64,000 bases of DNA from Octopus bimaculoides. Taxonomy: Eukaryota. The stretch covers positions 74,362,332 through 74,426,331 of the forward strand of contig NC_068990.1 in the NCBI RefSeq assembly GCF_001194135.2, written 5' to 3'. The notes below the pieces were generated by a model that made no database searches, had not been told where the DNA came from, and saw only the letters and a program-made list of their open reading frames with translations. Position 1 is the stretch's first letter; every line of letters begins with the position of its first letter. The position numbers and the translations under genes are program-made. Of the stretch, positions 23,125 to 37,127 are shown piece by piece.

Positions 23125-24138
23125 TGTGTATGTGTGTGTGTGTGCGTGCGTGTGTGTGTGTATGTATATATATATATATATGTATATATATATCTATATA
23201 TATAGATATGCATGTATGTATATATGTATATATATTTATGTATATATATGTGTGTGTGTGTTTATTTGTGTTAATACACACATATACATATATATATATA
23301 TAATATGTGGGGACTATGTTGTTGTGTATCCGTGTATGCTTTTACGTTTAGTGGAAAAAAAAAGACGTGTTGAGTTATGTAAGTCTATGTGAAAAATGCA
23401 GCTGTTGGATACATAGGGAAGGACAAAATAATTATAATATAAAAAAATGTACCGGGGATACACGTTGTGCCCCAAATGGAGCAATCCAACAATTGAATTA
23501 GTAGAAAAGAAAGAGGAAAATGCAGAATATAATCTGCCATTACACCAGTTTTAGTCGTTGAACGGTGAAAGTATTTAGATATAGTTTTCGAGAGTGTAGA
23601 GTATATTATATTGACTCAAGAACGCCGAAAAAAATGTAATAAGTCCTGGATGATATTTCAACATCAAGTGTAGTTATCACAAAGTAATTTGGCAGACTCT
23701 CTACCAATTTTGTGCGTATATGTGTACGTCTATATGTATGTATATGTATATATACATGTATGTCTGTCTATATCTCTCTCTCTGTATATATATATATATA
23801 TANNNNNNNNNNNNNNNNNNNNNNNNNNNNNNNNNNNNNNNNNNNNNNNNNNNNNNNNNNNNNNNNNNNNNNNNNNNNNNNNNNNNNNNNNNNNNNNNNN
23901 NNNNNNNNNNNNNNNNNNNNNNNNNNNNNNNNNNNNNNNNNNNNNNNNNNNNNNNNNNNNNNTGTATATATATATATATACATATATATACTAAGATGTA
24001 CAGTAAGCGTCCTTCCTCTGATTTATGTATTTCTACAAATGATACACACACACATATATAGAGAAAAGAGAGAGTCAAATGGTGAGGTTCAGAGATGCTT
24101 TATTATGGCAATGTGTGCGCGTGTGTGTGCGTGTGTGT

Positions 24139-24177
<39 letters not shown>

Positions 24178-24260
24178 TAAGAAATTATATAAATGACAAG
24201 GGAATAAGAAATTCTGTAATGAACTTCATTAATTAAACTACTAATACTACTACTACTAGA

Positions 24261-24368
<108 letters not shown>

Positions 24369-24414
24369 CCTTTCTAGTGGAAGCATATTGTCTTAAATTT
24401 GGAGGAAGTGATGA

Positions 24415-24491
24415 AGTCGGAATTTGAACGGACAAAATGCCGCTAAGCATCATGCCCGGCGTGCTAACGACCCTACTAGCTCACCGCCTTA
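24415..24491 (-). mobile_element. SINE family A 5' fragment (internally deleted)
   Basis: Reverse complement aaggcggtgagctagtagggtcgttagcacgccgggcatgatgcttagcggcattttg...ttcaaattccgac. Confidence 0.8.
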
Positions 24492-25003
24492 ATAATAGTA
24501 ATAATAATAATAATGATGATGATGATGATGATGAGGAGGAGGAGGAGGAGGAGGAGGAGGAGGATAAGAGAGAAAGAGGGAGAGAGAGAGGTAAATAGCA
24601 ATAGAAAGGGAAAATACAGCACAAACGGATATGCATATATTCGATCTTTTCATATATTGTCAATTGTAATCATTAGAATTTCGACGCCTGAAACAATATT
24701 GTTCATTCCTATGCTCGCAACAGTTTATTGTAGTTGTAAGATACAGACGACTGCGCACGAAAAACCAGGAAGCGTCGAAGAAGGAACCATGTAAAGACAA
24801 TAATAATATTGTTGTGAAGAAGTAGGAATACCATTAACTAATGAAAATCGATCTAACAAATGCAAGTGCAATCATAAGAATTTCTACTATTTTTCGCATG
24901 CAGAATATCCTATAACGGATAGTAAACACAAACACGTACACCAGGCGTGTGAATGCGAGAATCATTGCACTACGATGGAAGGAAGGAAGAAATACACATA
25001 CCG

Positions 25004-25035
<32 letters not shown>

Positions 25036-25258
25036 NNNNNNNNNNNNNNNNNNNNNNNNNNNNNNNNNNNNNNNNNNNNNNNNNNNNNNNNNNNNNNNNN
25101 NNNNNNNNNNNNNNNNNNNNNNNNNNNNNNNNNNNNNNNNNNNNNNNNNNNNNNNNNNNNNNNNNNNNNNNNNNNNNNNNNNNNNNNNNNNNNNNNNNNN
25201 NNNNNNNNNNNNNNNNNNNNNNNNNNNNNNNNNNNNNNNNNNNNNNNNNNNNNNNNNN

Positions 25259-25312
<54 letters not shown>

Positions 25313-25845
25313 GCGTGACTGTGTGTGTATACATATATAGAGCGAGATTTAAAACTATATATATATGTATGTATGTATGTATGTACATATATCGGAGGAA
25401 CACCTAATATGCACCTAGTGCATGCAATGAGAAAATATAAAGCCCTATAATTGAAGTACGATATATACATAGCATGTATTTACTCTCTTGCCCTTGCTGT
25501 CTCTCATAAGAATAAAAGATTTATATTGTAATCTGATTTCGTTGCTTGCACTTATTCCTATAATTTAGGCATGCCATTGCATGCCATGCTTTCTTTCATG
25601 CAAAACACGGTAATGTCACTAAAATATGCATAAATACATGGATACACACGTATATGTATACGTGTGAGTATGTGTTAGAGTATATATACATACGTGTATT
25701 GGTACACTTATGTGTGTGTGCGTTTATGTGTCTATATTGTATATATATAGTTAATGTATCTTGAAAGCAATTTATAGATACATACATGCATAATACATAT
25801 ATATATATATATACATACATACATACATGCATACATACATACATA

Positions 25846-25917
<72 letters not shown>

Positions 25918-25985
25918 NNNNNNNNNNNNNNNNNNNNNNNNNNNNNNNNNNNNNNNNNNNNNNNNNNNNNNNNNNNNNNNNNNNN

Positions 25986-26021
<36 letters not shown>

Positions 26022-26874
26022 GTAAAAAGTAAGAGTCAGAAGGAAGAGTAAGAAGGGTTCGGCAGCTTTTTAGTCACTACAAAACATACATATACATGTG
26101 TTTGTGTGCGTGTGTATGTAAGTGCATATATAAATTGATCTTCCCCAGAATTTTCTACTTCCAGTATTTAGCTGTTCAACGTATTGAAATCTCAGGCTCA
26201 TGCAACTGGCATGAGCATAGTATATCAAATACATTGGATTTCATAACGTAGTATCTCCAAGGCATGCATAACTTCCATGCAGTTTCCGTGTACTCGAGTT
26301 TACTCGCAAGGTACATATATATGTATTGCTAGCCTACGTCAGACTCCATACATACATGCATACATACATACATACATACATACATACATACATACATACA
26401 TACACATACAACACACTACTTAGATATCAATCTTGAGAAATTAAGCTTCTCAAAACCAGAAAGGAGAAAGCTAATTCGAAGTCTACAGATCCAATCCATC
26501 ACTGGAACTGTAAAAATCTGTAAAACTTTCCATAAGTTTACCATTTATATATATATGAGCATGTCTAGATATGTAACTATATGCATGAGAATACATACAC
26601 AAAATATACAATTCTGCACATGCATACATACATACATACATACATACAAAAATACCCTGTCGTTGATGTTGAAATTCCAATCAAGGAACCTTGGATCTGG
26701 GTTAGAAACCGGTTCTTGCTCTATTGGCAAGGAATCTTGAAATGAACTGAATGATGACATACATACACTTACAAATACACACACATATTTATATGTATTT
26801 CTCTCTCTCTCTCTCTCTCTCTCNNNNNNNNNNTGACATACATACACTTACAAATACACACACATATTTATATG

Positions 26875-26918
<44 letters not shown>

Positions 26919-27339
26919 TCTCCCTCTCTCCCTCTCTCCTTCTCTTTCTCTCTTCTTCTTCTTCTTCTTCTTCTTCTCTGTGTGTGTGTGTGTGCATATA
27001 TCTATGAATATATATGCAACTAACATGCACTGACAGTCCGAAACCTCGAATTCACTTTCACCCTTTCCTTTGTAAAAGTTTAATGAACATGTACTCAACA
27101 AAATAGTATTAACTAATAATCCAAATCAACGTTAAATCGTTTTAATATACAAAACATATATAAAAAGCACGCGCACACACACACACACACACACACATAC
27201 ATACATATATGTATATATATATATTTGTATATACGCATATTTATATACATGTTTATATGCACACATGCATACGGAAACATAATACACAAGCTTATATGGA
27301 TATATATGTGTGTTTGTGTGTCTGTGTGTATACTCATGC

Positions 27340-27379
<40 letters not shown>

Positions 27380-28763
27380 ATGTGTGTGCGTGCGCGCGCG
27401 CACGGAAATGCACATATATTGTATTGGAAAAATTAATGTTAAACCAAACATGATTATGTTGATGAGAAATGAATATTGATATTTACAAAATTTTACAAAT
27501 TGCTCTTCCGTAGACATTCTCATAGACATGATAATCTCGAAAAATTACAGGAGGAAGCAATTATGGTGTCTACAGAAAGCTTAAAAACAATGTTAAAGAA
27601 ACAAACTGGTTTAATATTGAGTCACAAAAAAGGTCAGAGTACATAGTTACAGTTAATTTAAAATTAATAACGTTGTCTGGCAACTCTAATAGAATATACG
27701 CAGACAAATAGGTTTTTGATGGAACTATAATGGAAATATAACGTGGTTTGCTAATCACGAAGTATTTAGTAACAAACTTGCGTAACTTCATTTACGAAAA
27801 TTTTCTGGAACAAAATTGAAGCAAATGTAGTTTTTTTTTTTTATGCAACCATAATTATTATTCTTTTCGTTGTAACTAGTTGTCATTCTTTGTCATATTT
27901 CTGCGTAAATACGATGCATTTTCTTCATTTTTTTTGCCATGTTCTATTCATTTGTCAATACTCTTTCTATCTACCCGATACGGATTTTAAAACTGATCCT
28001 TTTTTGCTATTCTGGTTTTTCGATAAACTTTGTCCTTGAAGGATTGAAATAGTTTAGAATCACTTAAGGCTAATGCCATATTATTCGAAGATCTAACATG
28101 ACATCCATATTAAGTTGGGTATAAAGATTGTATTTCGGTGTTAATATTGTTTCTGTTGCTAATAACTATGTTAAATAAGCCTTCTGGCTATTTTCAACAT
28201 CAGTAACTGAAAAGACAGTGGAATTCTACAAATCGTGGCTGGTATGCAATCACAGGACGCCTGCCACTGAGAAGGTTGAATAGACTGAAATCACGATCGA
28301 GCAATTCCGGCGCCCACAACAGACAGTTTTTGTTTGGTACGATTTATGTCTGTGCTTTTATGCACCATGTACCTATAGGAGAGGACATGTCATATCTAAT
28401 ACTGCAACATTCGGCATTCTAACAAGTTATCCACATTAATTTAGATTAAAGGTTTGCTTTTGCTACTAATACTGCTTCCGTCGCTGTTGTTTATAGCTTA
28501 TAACGAATAATTTATCTTGTTGTGAAGTTATTTTTAACGCTGTTCTGTCTCTTCTGATCCGTTTGTAAACAGTTTTCTATTACCCCATAATGCATTTGAG
28601 AATGATACTTTCTTGTTTTACTGAATAAGGAGGTGAAGCAGTCGGAATGACTTCCGTAGACTGCAGTTCAACTTAATCATACATGCATACCTACATACAG
28701 AGTGACAGACAGTCACACAGGCTTTGGCCGTGTTTAATGACTGAAACAAGTAAAAAGTAAAGG

Positions 28764-28816
<53 letters not shown>

Positions 28817-28879
28817 AACACACAAACACACACACACACATAATGATGTTGTTGTTTTGTACAGTTCTGTAGAAAGTAT

Positions 28880-29300
28880 TTTAACATTAAATTTCATGAT
28901 CACTCCACGCTTTTTACCAGCACGTGTTTATCTATATTTACACGATAAACGCAGTAAACCTGACAGCACTCGACATCGAACCCTTTCAGTGAATGCTGAA
29001 GATCATCTTCTGATGAGTAAAGTAGCACTGTGTCGTCTGAAAATATTAGCCGACCGTTCCTATACTCATCGATTGTGATACTGCTTCTACAACGCCCACT
29101 CTTTGTCAATTCAGTTCATAAAAAAGTATGAATAAGACAGGGGACAAATACACTCCCGCTGAAGTCCAACACCCAGTATAAATGGTTTCACCGTTCACTC
29201 GAAGTCAGGCATGACAGTATTCGTATAGGGACTTAACAGCAACCAGAAGGTGCCCATTAATTCCAATCTCTTGCAACACCCCTCCATAGCCGCAGCACGC
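28880..29300 (-). mobile_element. RTE-clade LINE reverse transcriptase fragment, decayed
   Basis: Pieced frames give LQEIGINGHLLVAVKS...RVNG...GVGLQ..C..PL..FFMN*ID and RLIFSDDTVLLYSSEDDLQHSLKGFD (catalytic YADD-like FSDD). Confidence 0.8.
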
Positions 29301-29479
29301 ATTGAATTATTTCATAAGGATTTATTATATGCGAGTCTAGTTTACTGAATGCAGAGCGTTAGACAGACTCCAACTTTTATATTTTATCCTCTAATTCCTT
29401 TACAGGCTCTGCTTAGAATTTATTGTTTTCTTTTTTCTTCACCATATCTGTTGTTTTGTTTTCAGCCAAACATTTTTCT

Positions 29480-30130
29480 TTAGTGAACCTAACGTCTACT
29501 TTGTACCTATTGTTTCCTTATGTACCAAGAGAAACAAAATGCTTTTGATACTTTTACGTTGTCTCACAGTAATCAATCTGCACTCACTCTTAATATCTTT
29601 TGCACTCCTGTAGATAAACTGCAGAACTTCTTTTTCATTCGTCTTCTGCCTCAGTTTCACGTGGCACGTATATCTTATCTATATATCAGCTACATGATTT
29701 CTAGGTTAAGAATGGGAATGTAGTTTTCCGATTTCTCTATCTAGACTCTTCAGCTCACTTAACTACCAATTTATGATATCGAAGATGTATGGTTAGTGTA
29801 TTTGTATCTATAATCTTATTTCTGGCATTGGGTTTGATTTTTCATATTCGTCTGATAATTCTGAAGTATTTCTCTTCTAATTTTCTTTTTCATTTATTTT
29901 TGTGTGTTGTACCGTATCGGTGTTATCTAATCGAAAGTACTTATATGGATGGTTCTATTCTAATTTTCTGATTTCAGCGTCTGGCTATTGATTTGATTCT
30001 TCATAATTTTTGCTTATTCTTTAAAGTAGCTTTGACACAATTTCCTAATCCCATAGTCGTGTTGATATCTCAGCTGAATCCAAGATGAGATAGCAGTGTT
30101 CTCATAGCTAATGATTTCGATACTATTGGC
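29480..30130 (-). mobile_element. Heavily decayed R4/Dong-clade RT and thumb region
   Basis: Short frames S*DINTTMGLGNCVKATLK, HPYKYFRLDNTDTVQHTKINEK, NARNKIIDTNTLTI, ELKSLDREIGK and ADIDKIYVPRE occur in the expected order. Confidence 0.65.
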
Positions 30131-30621
30131 AAATTCACAACTATTTATATTAATGCTATTGTATGTTTATATGTATTCTATTTTATTATCCATTCTAACT
30201 CATTATTTTGCTGCACAATTTTATTCTATATGTTCTCCCAATATGACTGCAATTATTTCTGTTATCACCCAATGTTATATTTCTCTTCTTTGTGTCACTG
30301 AAGTATAATTCAGTATTTGTTTCAAACGAATTCTGTTTAAAGATGTCTTCATTTTAGTGTTCTTCCCGACACATTTTTGCAAAGGTCAGGTGTTTCAATC
30401 TTTCACTCGTTTTCAGGAACCCTTTTTAGATGTCTTCTCTTTTGATTTCCGTTTTTTTTTAATACGGATTCTAGTTGTGGTTTTTTATCGTACGAGACAC
30501 CTACCTCGTCTATTTTGCTGAGTAAGGTTTATCAGGATAAAATTTAGTTTCCCATTATACTACCATGGTTATTGAGTAAATTGTATTCCTTAACTAGTTC
30601 ATTAATGTTAGTGTCTGTAAT

Positions 30622-30845
30622 AAGGCAGCGAGCTGGCGGAATCGATAGAACACCGGATAAAATGCTTAGCGGAAATATGTCCGTCCATACGTTCCGAATT
30701 AAGATTCCGCCGAGGAATTAAAATTTGACTTTAATCTTTTCGGGGTCGATGAAATAAGTACTAGTTGAACACCGAGGTCGATGTAATTGACTTACTGCCC
30801 CCTCAAAATTGCTGGCCTTATGCCAAAATATGAAACCAATATTAG
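30622..30845 (+). mobile_element. SINE family A, full length
   Basis: aaggcagcgagctggcggaatcgatag...cggggtcgatgaaataagtactagttg...gtcgatgtaattgact...gaaaccaatatt. Confidence 0.88.
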
Positions 30846-31039
30846 AGTCTGGAAATTTTCATGAGAACCCAGTTCTATTATTTCCCAGAGTCGATTGGTT
30901 TTTAATCGAAGCTTAAAGATATTTTCTGTTGTCTCGGTTAATAGATTTTGCTATTGTCTCTAACTTTGTTCCCTATTTTCAGAATGGCTCCATTCTTGAA
31001 TCAGAGTGTTATGTGTAGCCTTGAACTATATCAGAATTG

Positions 31040-31045
31040 TTGTTG

Positions 31046-31132
<87 letters not shown>
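31040..31132. repeat. (TTG)n/(TTA)n microsatellite directly upstream of a SINE-A
   Basis: Direct tandem units. Confidence 0.95.
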
Positions 31133-31133
<1 letters not shown>

Positions 31134-31135
31134 AG

Positions 31136-31350
31136 AAGGCGAACTAGCAGACTTGTTAGAAGGTTGGATAAAATGCTTAGCGGCATTTCGACTGTTTATA
31201 CGTTCTGAAATTAGATGTCGCCGAGGTTGACTTTGCCTTTTATTCTTTCGAGTTCGATTAAAATAAGCATCAGTTGAACCCTGGGGTCGATGTAATCGAC
31301 TATACGCCAGCCCAAAAATTCCAGGTCGTGTGCCTAATGATAGAAAAAAA
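31136..31350 (+). mobile_element. SINE family A, full length, diverged
   Basis: aaggcgaactagcagacttgttag...cgccgaggttgactttgccttttattctttcg...ggggtcgatgtaatcgact. Confidence 0.85.
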
Positions 31351-32169
31351 TTATCATTTTATTATTTTCTGTTTTCAACAGTTTCATCCGAAACTCATAT
31401 AACCCTCATAATTGATATGCAGCAGTATTCCTTTATTTTAGTTGTGAGGATGGGTGCATGTTTTGCATATGTAATGTGAAAGCTGTGTAGAAATAGCTTT
31501 GCGTGCGTTATTAAACTAGAAGTACCTTACACAGAATACAGACTGCACCGAGCTGTCTAATTTCGTGTAAAGTTTTAAGCTTTATTATCGTCCATGTTTT
31601 TCATATATCATGCCTACCACCTTTTTTATTATCGAATCTATCTTTTTTTTATACTTCCATAACTTCTATCCTGATTATTTCCATTTCCAGTATCTTGGTC
31701 ACAAGAAATTGAGATAACTGAGTACATAAGATTCTTTCATGTATTTAGTTTTTCAGTCTTTTTTTTTTTTTTTTTTGATAAATGTACGGTTCGAATTGAT
31801 CTCCTTATCAGTAAGGATAAACATGCACTAAATTGTCGAAACCAAACTCATCATCAGTTCAAGGATAGATATATCCTATTGTTATATACTATTATTATTA
31901 TTGTTTTTGCTAGATTTGCTGTGCTTGATTTTTCTTTCATGTGCTCCTGTGTTCTGGCGTGCAACAATGTTTATTTTATTTTATTTTATCTCAAATATAC
32001 TTGAGGTGTTTTAGTTACATCTACTCTGCCATACCAGTGGATTTGCATTTTCGTTCCTATTGTCTTTTTCTTATAGTTTTTTAAATTTATTTTATAAGCT
32101 TTTATTGATTTAGAAGATGATCGTGAATAATTAAGTGTACTGTAGCATTACTTCATAATTCTTCTTTTA

Positions 32170-32285
32170 TAGGCACAAAGCCTGAAATTCTTGACGAGGA
32201 GTTCTTCCATTACATCAACCCTAATGCTCGACTGGTAATTATTTTATCGACTTCGAAAGGATAAAAGGAAAAGTCGACCTCGGCT
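32170..32285 (-). mobile_element. SINE family A 3' half
   Basis: Reverse complement gccgaggtcgacttttccttttatcctttcgaagtcgataaaataattaccag. Confidence 0.8.
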
Positions 32286-32371
32286 CCTGTTATGACATCG
32301 TAGATGACATCGATTAAACCTTTACCTGAAAACTGTTGACCGTGCCTCTATATCCAAAACCATTATTGTGA

Positions 32372-32485
32372 AGACGGCGAGTTGGCAGAATCGCTAGATC
32401 GTAGAGAAAAACGCGTTGTGTATCTCTTCTGGCTCTTTACATTCTGAGTTCAAATACCACCAAAATTACCTGTACTTTTCATCAC
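32372..32485 (+). mobile_element. SINE family A 5' half
   Basis: aagacggcgagttggcagaatcgctag...ctgagttcaaatacc. Confidence 0.75.
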
Positions 32486-33590
32486 CTCAGTTTCAATAAT
32501 TTGAAGTACCCTATTCTGCGGCATACAAATCGAAGTTTTCAGAGCAAACTTTACCACCAAAAGAAAAAGGTAGGTCATCTCATGCCCCAAAACGACTACA
32601 TAGGACTAAAAAGTTCCACATGAAATAGAGTACGATTTGAACAGGTAATGACAATGTTCGCATGTTTACACTACATTCTACGTTGATCTGTATGCTGGAA
32701 AATACAGTACCAGTCATGTACTGGGTTCTAACCCGCTCTGGCTAAAATTTCTCTCTTTGTAACAAAATTTGAAACTGTAATTTTTATCATAATTTAAAAA
32801 AAAAATACAGGAACAGGAATTCTTTTGTTTCTAAAATAATTTACAAAATATATGACAAGAAAAAACTAGCAGAGATGATTTATTTTTTGTTTATCAGAAA
32901 GTTTTTGAATTTAATAAATTATTAATATTAGATTACATATGCTGGCAATTTATTTCAATAATCAATACATCACCTTCTTTTCTGTGCGAGATATCATTTA
33001 CACTTCTGTGTCTGTGTATTTGCCAAAAAGAAAGCTGCACTGAAACCTGCAAAGATAAATAGATGATAAGTAGATAATACTGACAGAAAGAAAAAAAAGA
33101 CAGATAAAGCAGATAACTCTCTAGATAAATGCACACATACACATACATATATTTACTGTGTGTAAGTATCTATACATACACTCGCACACACACATATTTA
33201 GACACAAAGAGGTGGGGAGAAGGAGACAGATATAGGTACAAATATATATATATATGTATATAAGCACGCATATTTATATATATGTGTATGTATGTATGTA
33301 TACATATATGTGTTTGTTTTTATATCCTCCTTCCTACCTCTCTCTCTCTCTNNNNNNNNNNNNNNNNNNNNNNNNNNNNNNNNNNNNNNNNNNNNNNNNN
33401 NNNNNNNNNNNNNNNNNNNNNNNNNNGACTCTATCCATAAAATATATTTCCAACTTTACCATTGCTCTCTTTATCTTTTTATATATTTATGCATATATAT
33501 ATATGTATATAAGCACGCATATTTATATATATGTGTATGTATGTATGTATGTATACATATATGTGTTTGTTTTTATATCCTCCTTCCTAC

Positions 33591-33662
<72 letters not shown>

Positions 33663-34122
33663 AGGGAGAGAGAGAGAAAGATGTATGTTTGTATGAAATG
33701 TGAGATATGTATGTGTGTCTATATATATATATAAAAGCATGTAAGTACATGTATACATATGCGTGTGTAAATACATTTACGTATATAGATATATATAGAG
33801 AAAAATATACAAAAAAAAAGAGAGGAAAAAATATTTACTAGACAAGTAGAAGGTGAGAGCATTACAGATATAAAGTTGCGTACAAAGAAACAAAGCGACA
33901 CAAAAATACAATGTACTTAGTAGCATTGAAGAAAAGTTTGGAGAACAAGTAAAAAGTATAACAGTAAAAGTATATATACATTCACACTTACAAACACATA
34001 CAATCACACACATACACACACTCACTCACACACACACACACCGCAATCATACCCATATATAAGCCCAGGTTGACCAGCCCACCTTGATGCCGAATCTCTT
34101 ATGAGTAATTATTACCGTAATT

Positions 34123-34553
34123 GTTTGTGGTAAGTAGCTAGCTTGCTTCCCTACCATACGATTTTGAGCTCAGTCCTACTGCGTGACACCTTAGGCAAGT
34201 GTCTTCTACTATAGACTCGAGTCGACCAAAGCCCTTTGAGTGGATTTGGTAGACGGAAACTGGAAGAAGCCCATCGTGTATATATATGTGTGGGGGGGTG
34301 CGTGTGTGTGTGTGCGTGTGTGTGTGTGCGTGTGTGCGCGCATGCGCACGTGTATGTATGTATTTGTGTGTCTGTGTTTGTCCTCCCACCTTCGCTTGAC
34401 AACCGATGTTGGTGTGTTTGCGTCCCCGTAACTTAGTGGTTCGGCAAAACAAACCGATAGAATAAGACCTTGAATCGAATTGTTCGACTAAAGGCAGTGC
34501 TACAGTATGACAGCAGTCAAATGACCGAAACAAGTAAAAGGTCAGAGGAATAT

Positions 34554-34603
<50 letters not shown>

Positions 34604-34736
34604 ATTTGTGTCTGTGCTTGTTCCCCCACCAACTCTTGACAACCGAGGTTGGTGTTTTAACGTCCCCGTAACTTAGCAGTCTTGTAAAAGAGACTGATAG
34701 AATAAGTACTAGGCTTACAAAGATTAAGTCCTGGGG
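34123..34736 (+). mobile_element. SINE family B with a tandemly duplicated 3' half
   Basis: A full copy runs to about 34545. Then (TG)n...gacaaccgaggttggtg...tccccgtaacttag...aagtcctgggg is repeated up to the gap at 34737. Confidence 0.88.
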
Positions 34737-35406
34737 NNNNNNNNNNNNNNNNNNNNNNNNNNNNNNNNNNNNNNNNNNNNNNNNNNNNNNNNNNNNNNNN
34801 NNNNNNNNNNNNNNNNNNNNNNNNNNNNNNNNNNNNNNNNNNNNNNNNNNNNNNNNNNNNNNNNNNNNNNNNNNNNNNNNNNNNNNNNNNNNNNNNNNNN
34901 NNNNNNNNNNNNNNNNNNNNNNNNNNNNNNNNNNNATATATATATATATATATAAGGTTGTCAAGAATGTTCTTGCAGAATTTTTAATTTTGGTTTTAAA
35001 TGATATATTTTCAAATTAATTTTCGTCAAATTACTTTGACTTTATATATCATTTTCAAGCCCGTTTTTTGCTCTGTCTAAACAAACCACTCACATATATG
35101 TATGTATATGCATCGTTACTCAATTCTAATCCACCATTTTGTTGAATGAATTGAAGAAATTCAAGAATTGTCACAACCAACTATGATTAGAATATGGAAT
35201 AAGAACAGCTTCAGTTATTCAGCTGGGACACTTTATCTCCAATTGACATATCATCGTCACTATCCACAGCCTCCATCACCGCTACCACCACCAGAATCAA
35301 AATCATCGTCGTCGTAGTTGTCGTCGTAGTTGTCGTCATCATGTTTTAGCCATTAACGATGTTGCGATTATTGTCCCCCATCGGTATCACTATTAACGGC
35401 ATTTAA

Positions 35407-35605
35407 AGAGCCAGGTGGCCGATTTGATTGAGCGTCTTGCGAAGTACTTCGCATTATTTAATTTTGGCTCTTTACCCTCTGAGTTCAAATCCTACTGAGG
35501 TCAACTATACCTTTTATTGTTTTAGGGTCGATAGCGTGAACACTTGTCAAGTACCGGGATTGATATGATCGAGTGTTCTCTTTCTCCTAAATGTCTGACT
35601 TTATG
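35407..35605 (+). mobile_element. SINE family A, old copy
   Basis: ctctgagttcaaatcctactgaggtcaactataccttttattgttttagggtcgatag. Confidence 0.65.
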
Positions 35606-36319
35606 CCGATCGACGTCAGAAATTGTTTATGTCAATGTCGTTAATTGACATTATTATTAATGATGTCAGCAGTATTATTGTGATTATCGTCAGCATTATG
35701 ACATTATTACCAATATCCATTTAGCCACTATGAAATGGGCGAGATTGGTTTCTTTAGAATAAAATCTTCCGATACCCATGTTTATAAGAGCGGTTTACAA
35801 AGAGTTATCTATTCGAACTCTACGTATTTCACCATTAATGCAAAAATGAAAAAGAAAATAAATACAAAGCTTTTGTTTCTGATCATGCAACTATGCACAC
35901 CACATGTTCATAACATAACAGAAAGCTTATCTGTGAAGTTCAGACAATTCCGTTTGTGTTCTTAGTAACTTTCCAGCTCTTTTATGTTCGCTATTTCTCA
36001 TAAATGATCATTATCCAATCGAAGGATAAATACTTAAACTGATCGTTTCTTGCCAACGTCATTGCTCTGTATTCATTGCCCGCTTTTCTACCGTTCATCA
36101 TTATACTCCTCACATGGAATCAGTTGTTATATATTGCTCGCTGTCTTTGACAAGTCCTAGTAAGAGGGTGTTTTCGGTGCTTGTAGTGTTGAAGGTAAGG
36201 TAACCACATTTGCATCAGCTTTGCCAATGTTCAGGTCTGCGTCCAGGCTGAACAGCATTAGGAAAGTGCAGCAGCTGTAGTTGCAAAGAAGGTGAAATCA
36301 ATAGCAAAGTAAAATGCGC

Positions 36320-37095
36320 TTGAACAATTTGGCTGATAGAGGTGGGAACAAAAATCTCCGCATGGCAAATATGTGGCCCGTAACAAACAGGCTAATGTAG
36401 ACCAGAAGCACACCCATCGGTGGCTACGGAGCTCAGGGCTAAAGGCTGAGAGAGAAGGCTTCGTCTTGGCTGGCCAAGATCAGAGCTTATTCACCCGGAA
36501 CTATCAAGACAATGTGAGGGAAAATGGTGTCGACCCAAAGTGCCAATATTGCAATGATGGGATAGAAACAGTTGACCACCTAATCTCTGGATGTAAGGTT
36601 TTAGCACCTGTAGAGTACAAATCAAGACACGAAAGAGTTGGCCAATATCTACATTGGATAATGTGTCGGCATTATAAAATCAAAACTGTTGCCAAATGTA
36701 ACAAGCACCACCCTGAGGCTGTAAGTGTGAGAGAAAATGTAACTATTCTTTGGGACTTCGCAGTATGTACAGATCGAACCATCAAGGCAAATAAACCAGA
36801 TATTTTTGTGAAAGACAAAAGCAATATTGATTGAAATGAGCATACTCTGTGACCATAATATACGGCAAAAGAATTTGATAAGCTCAGAAAATATAAAGGT
36901 CTGCTAATCGAAATCGAAAAGATGTAGTATCTCAAGACGGTTACAATACCAGTGGTTGTAGGAGCACTTGGAATGATAAAAAAAGGAACTGAAAATTATT
37001 TAAGAATAATCCCTGGCATACCATCCATGTAGGAAGTGGAAAAGATTGTCATAACTGGTATGTCACACGTATTGAGAAGAGCATTGTCGCTGTAA
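36320..37095 (+). mobile_element. R4/Dong-clade LINE 3' portion (CCHC and RLE), decayed
   Basis: WLRSSGLKAEREGFVLAGQDQSL...KCQYCNDGIETVDHLISGC...RHERVGQYLHW...ILWDF...ANKPDIFV...IPVVVGALG...VLRRALSL*, with final stop at 37093-37095. Confidence 0.92.
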
Positions 37096-37127
37096 ATTTT
37101 CTTTCCTCCCCACGATACATTGGATTT

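Noticed and set aside
26755-26900. Exact duplication of about 65 bp across a 10-N gap
   Set aside because: Identical sequence on both sides of a gap is the signature of unmerged contig overlaps, so this is likely an assembly artefact.
29009-29050. CTGATGA...GAAA motif
   Set aside because: No helix II pairing, and it lies within the RTE reverse transcriptase coding relic.
32524-32565. 27-nt candidate microexon (TTTTCAG...AAAAAG/GTAGGT)
   Set aside because: Such signal pairs arise often by chance in AT-rich DNA, and there is no supporting gene context.
33245-33610. About 100-bp duplication flanking the gap at 33352-33426
   Set aside because: Near-identical copies both end in the same (CT)n tract next to a gap; most likely an assembly artefact.
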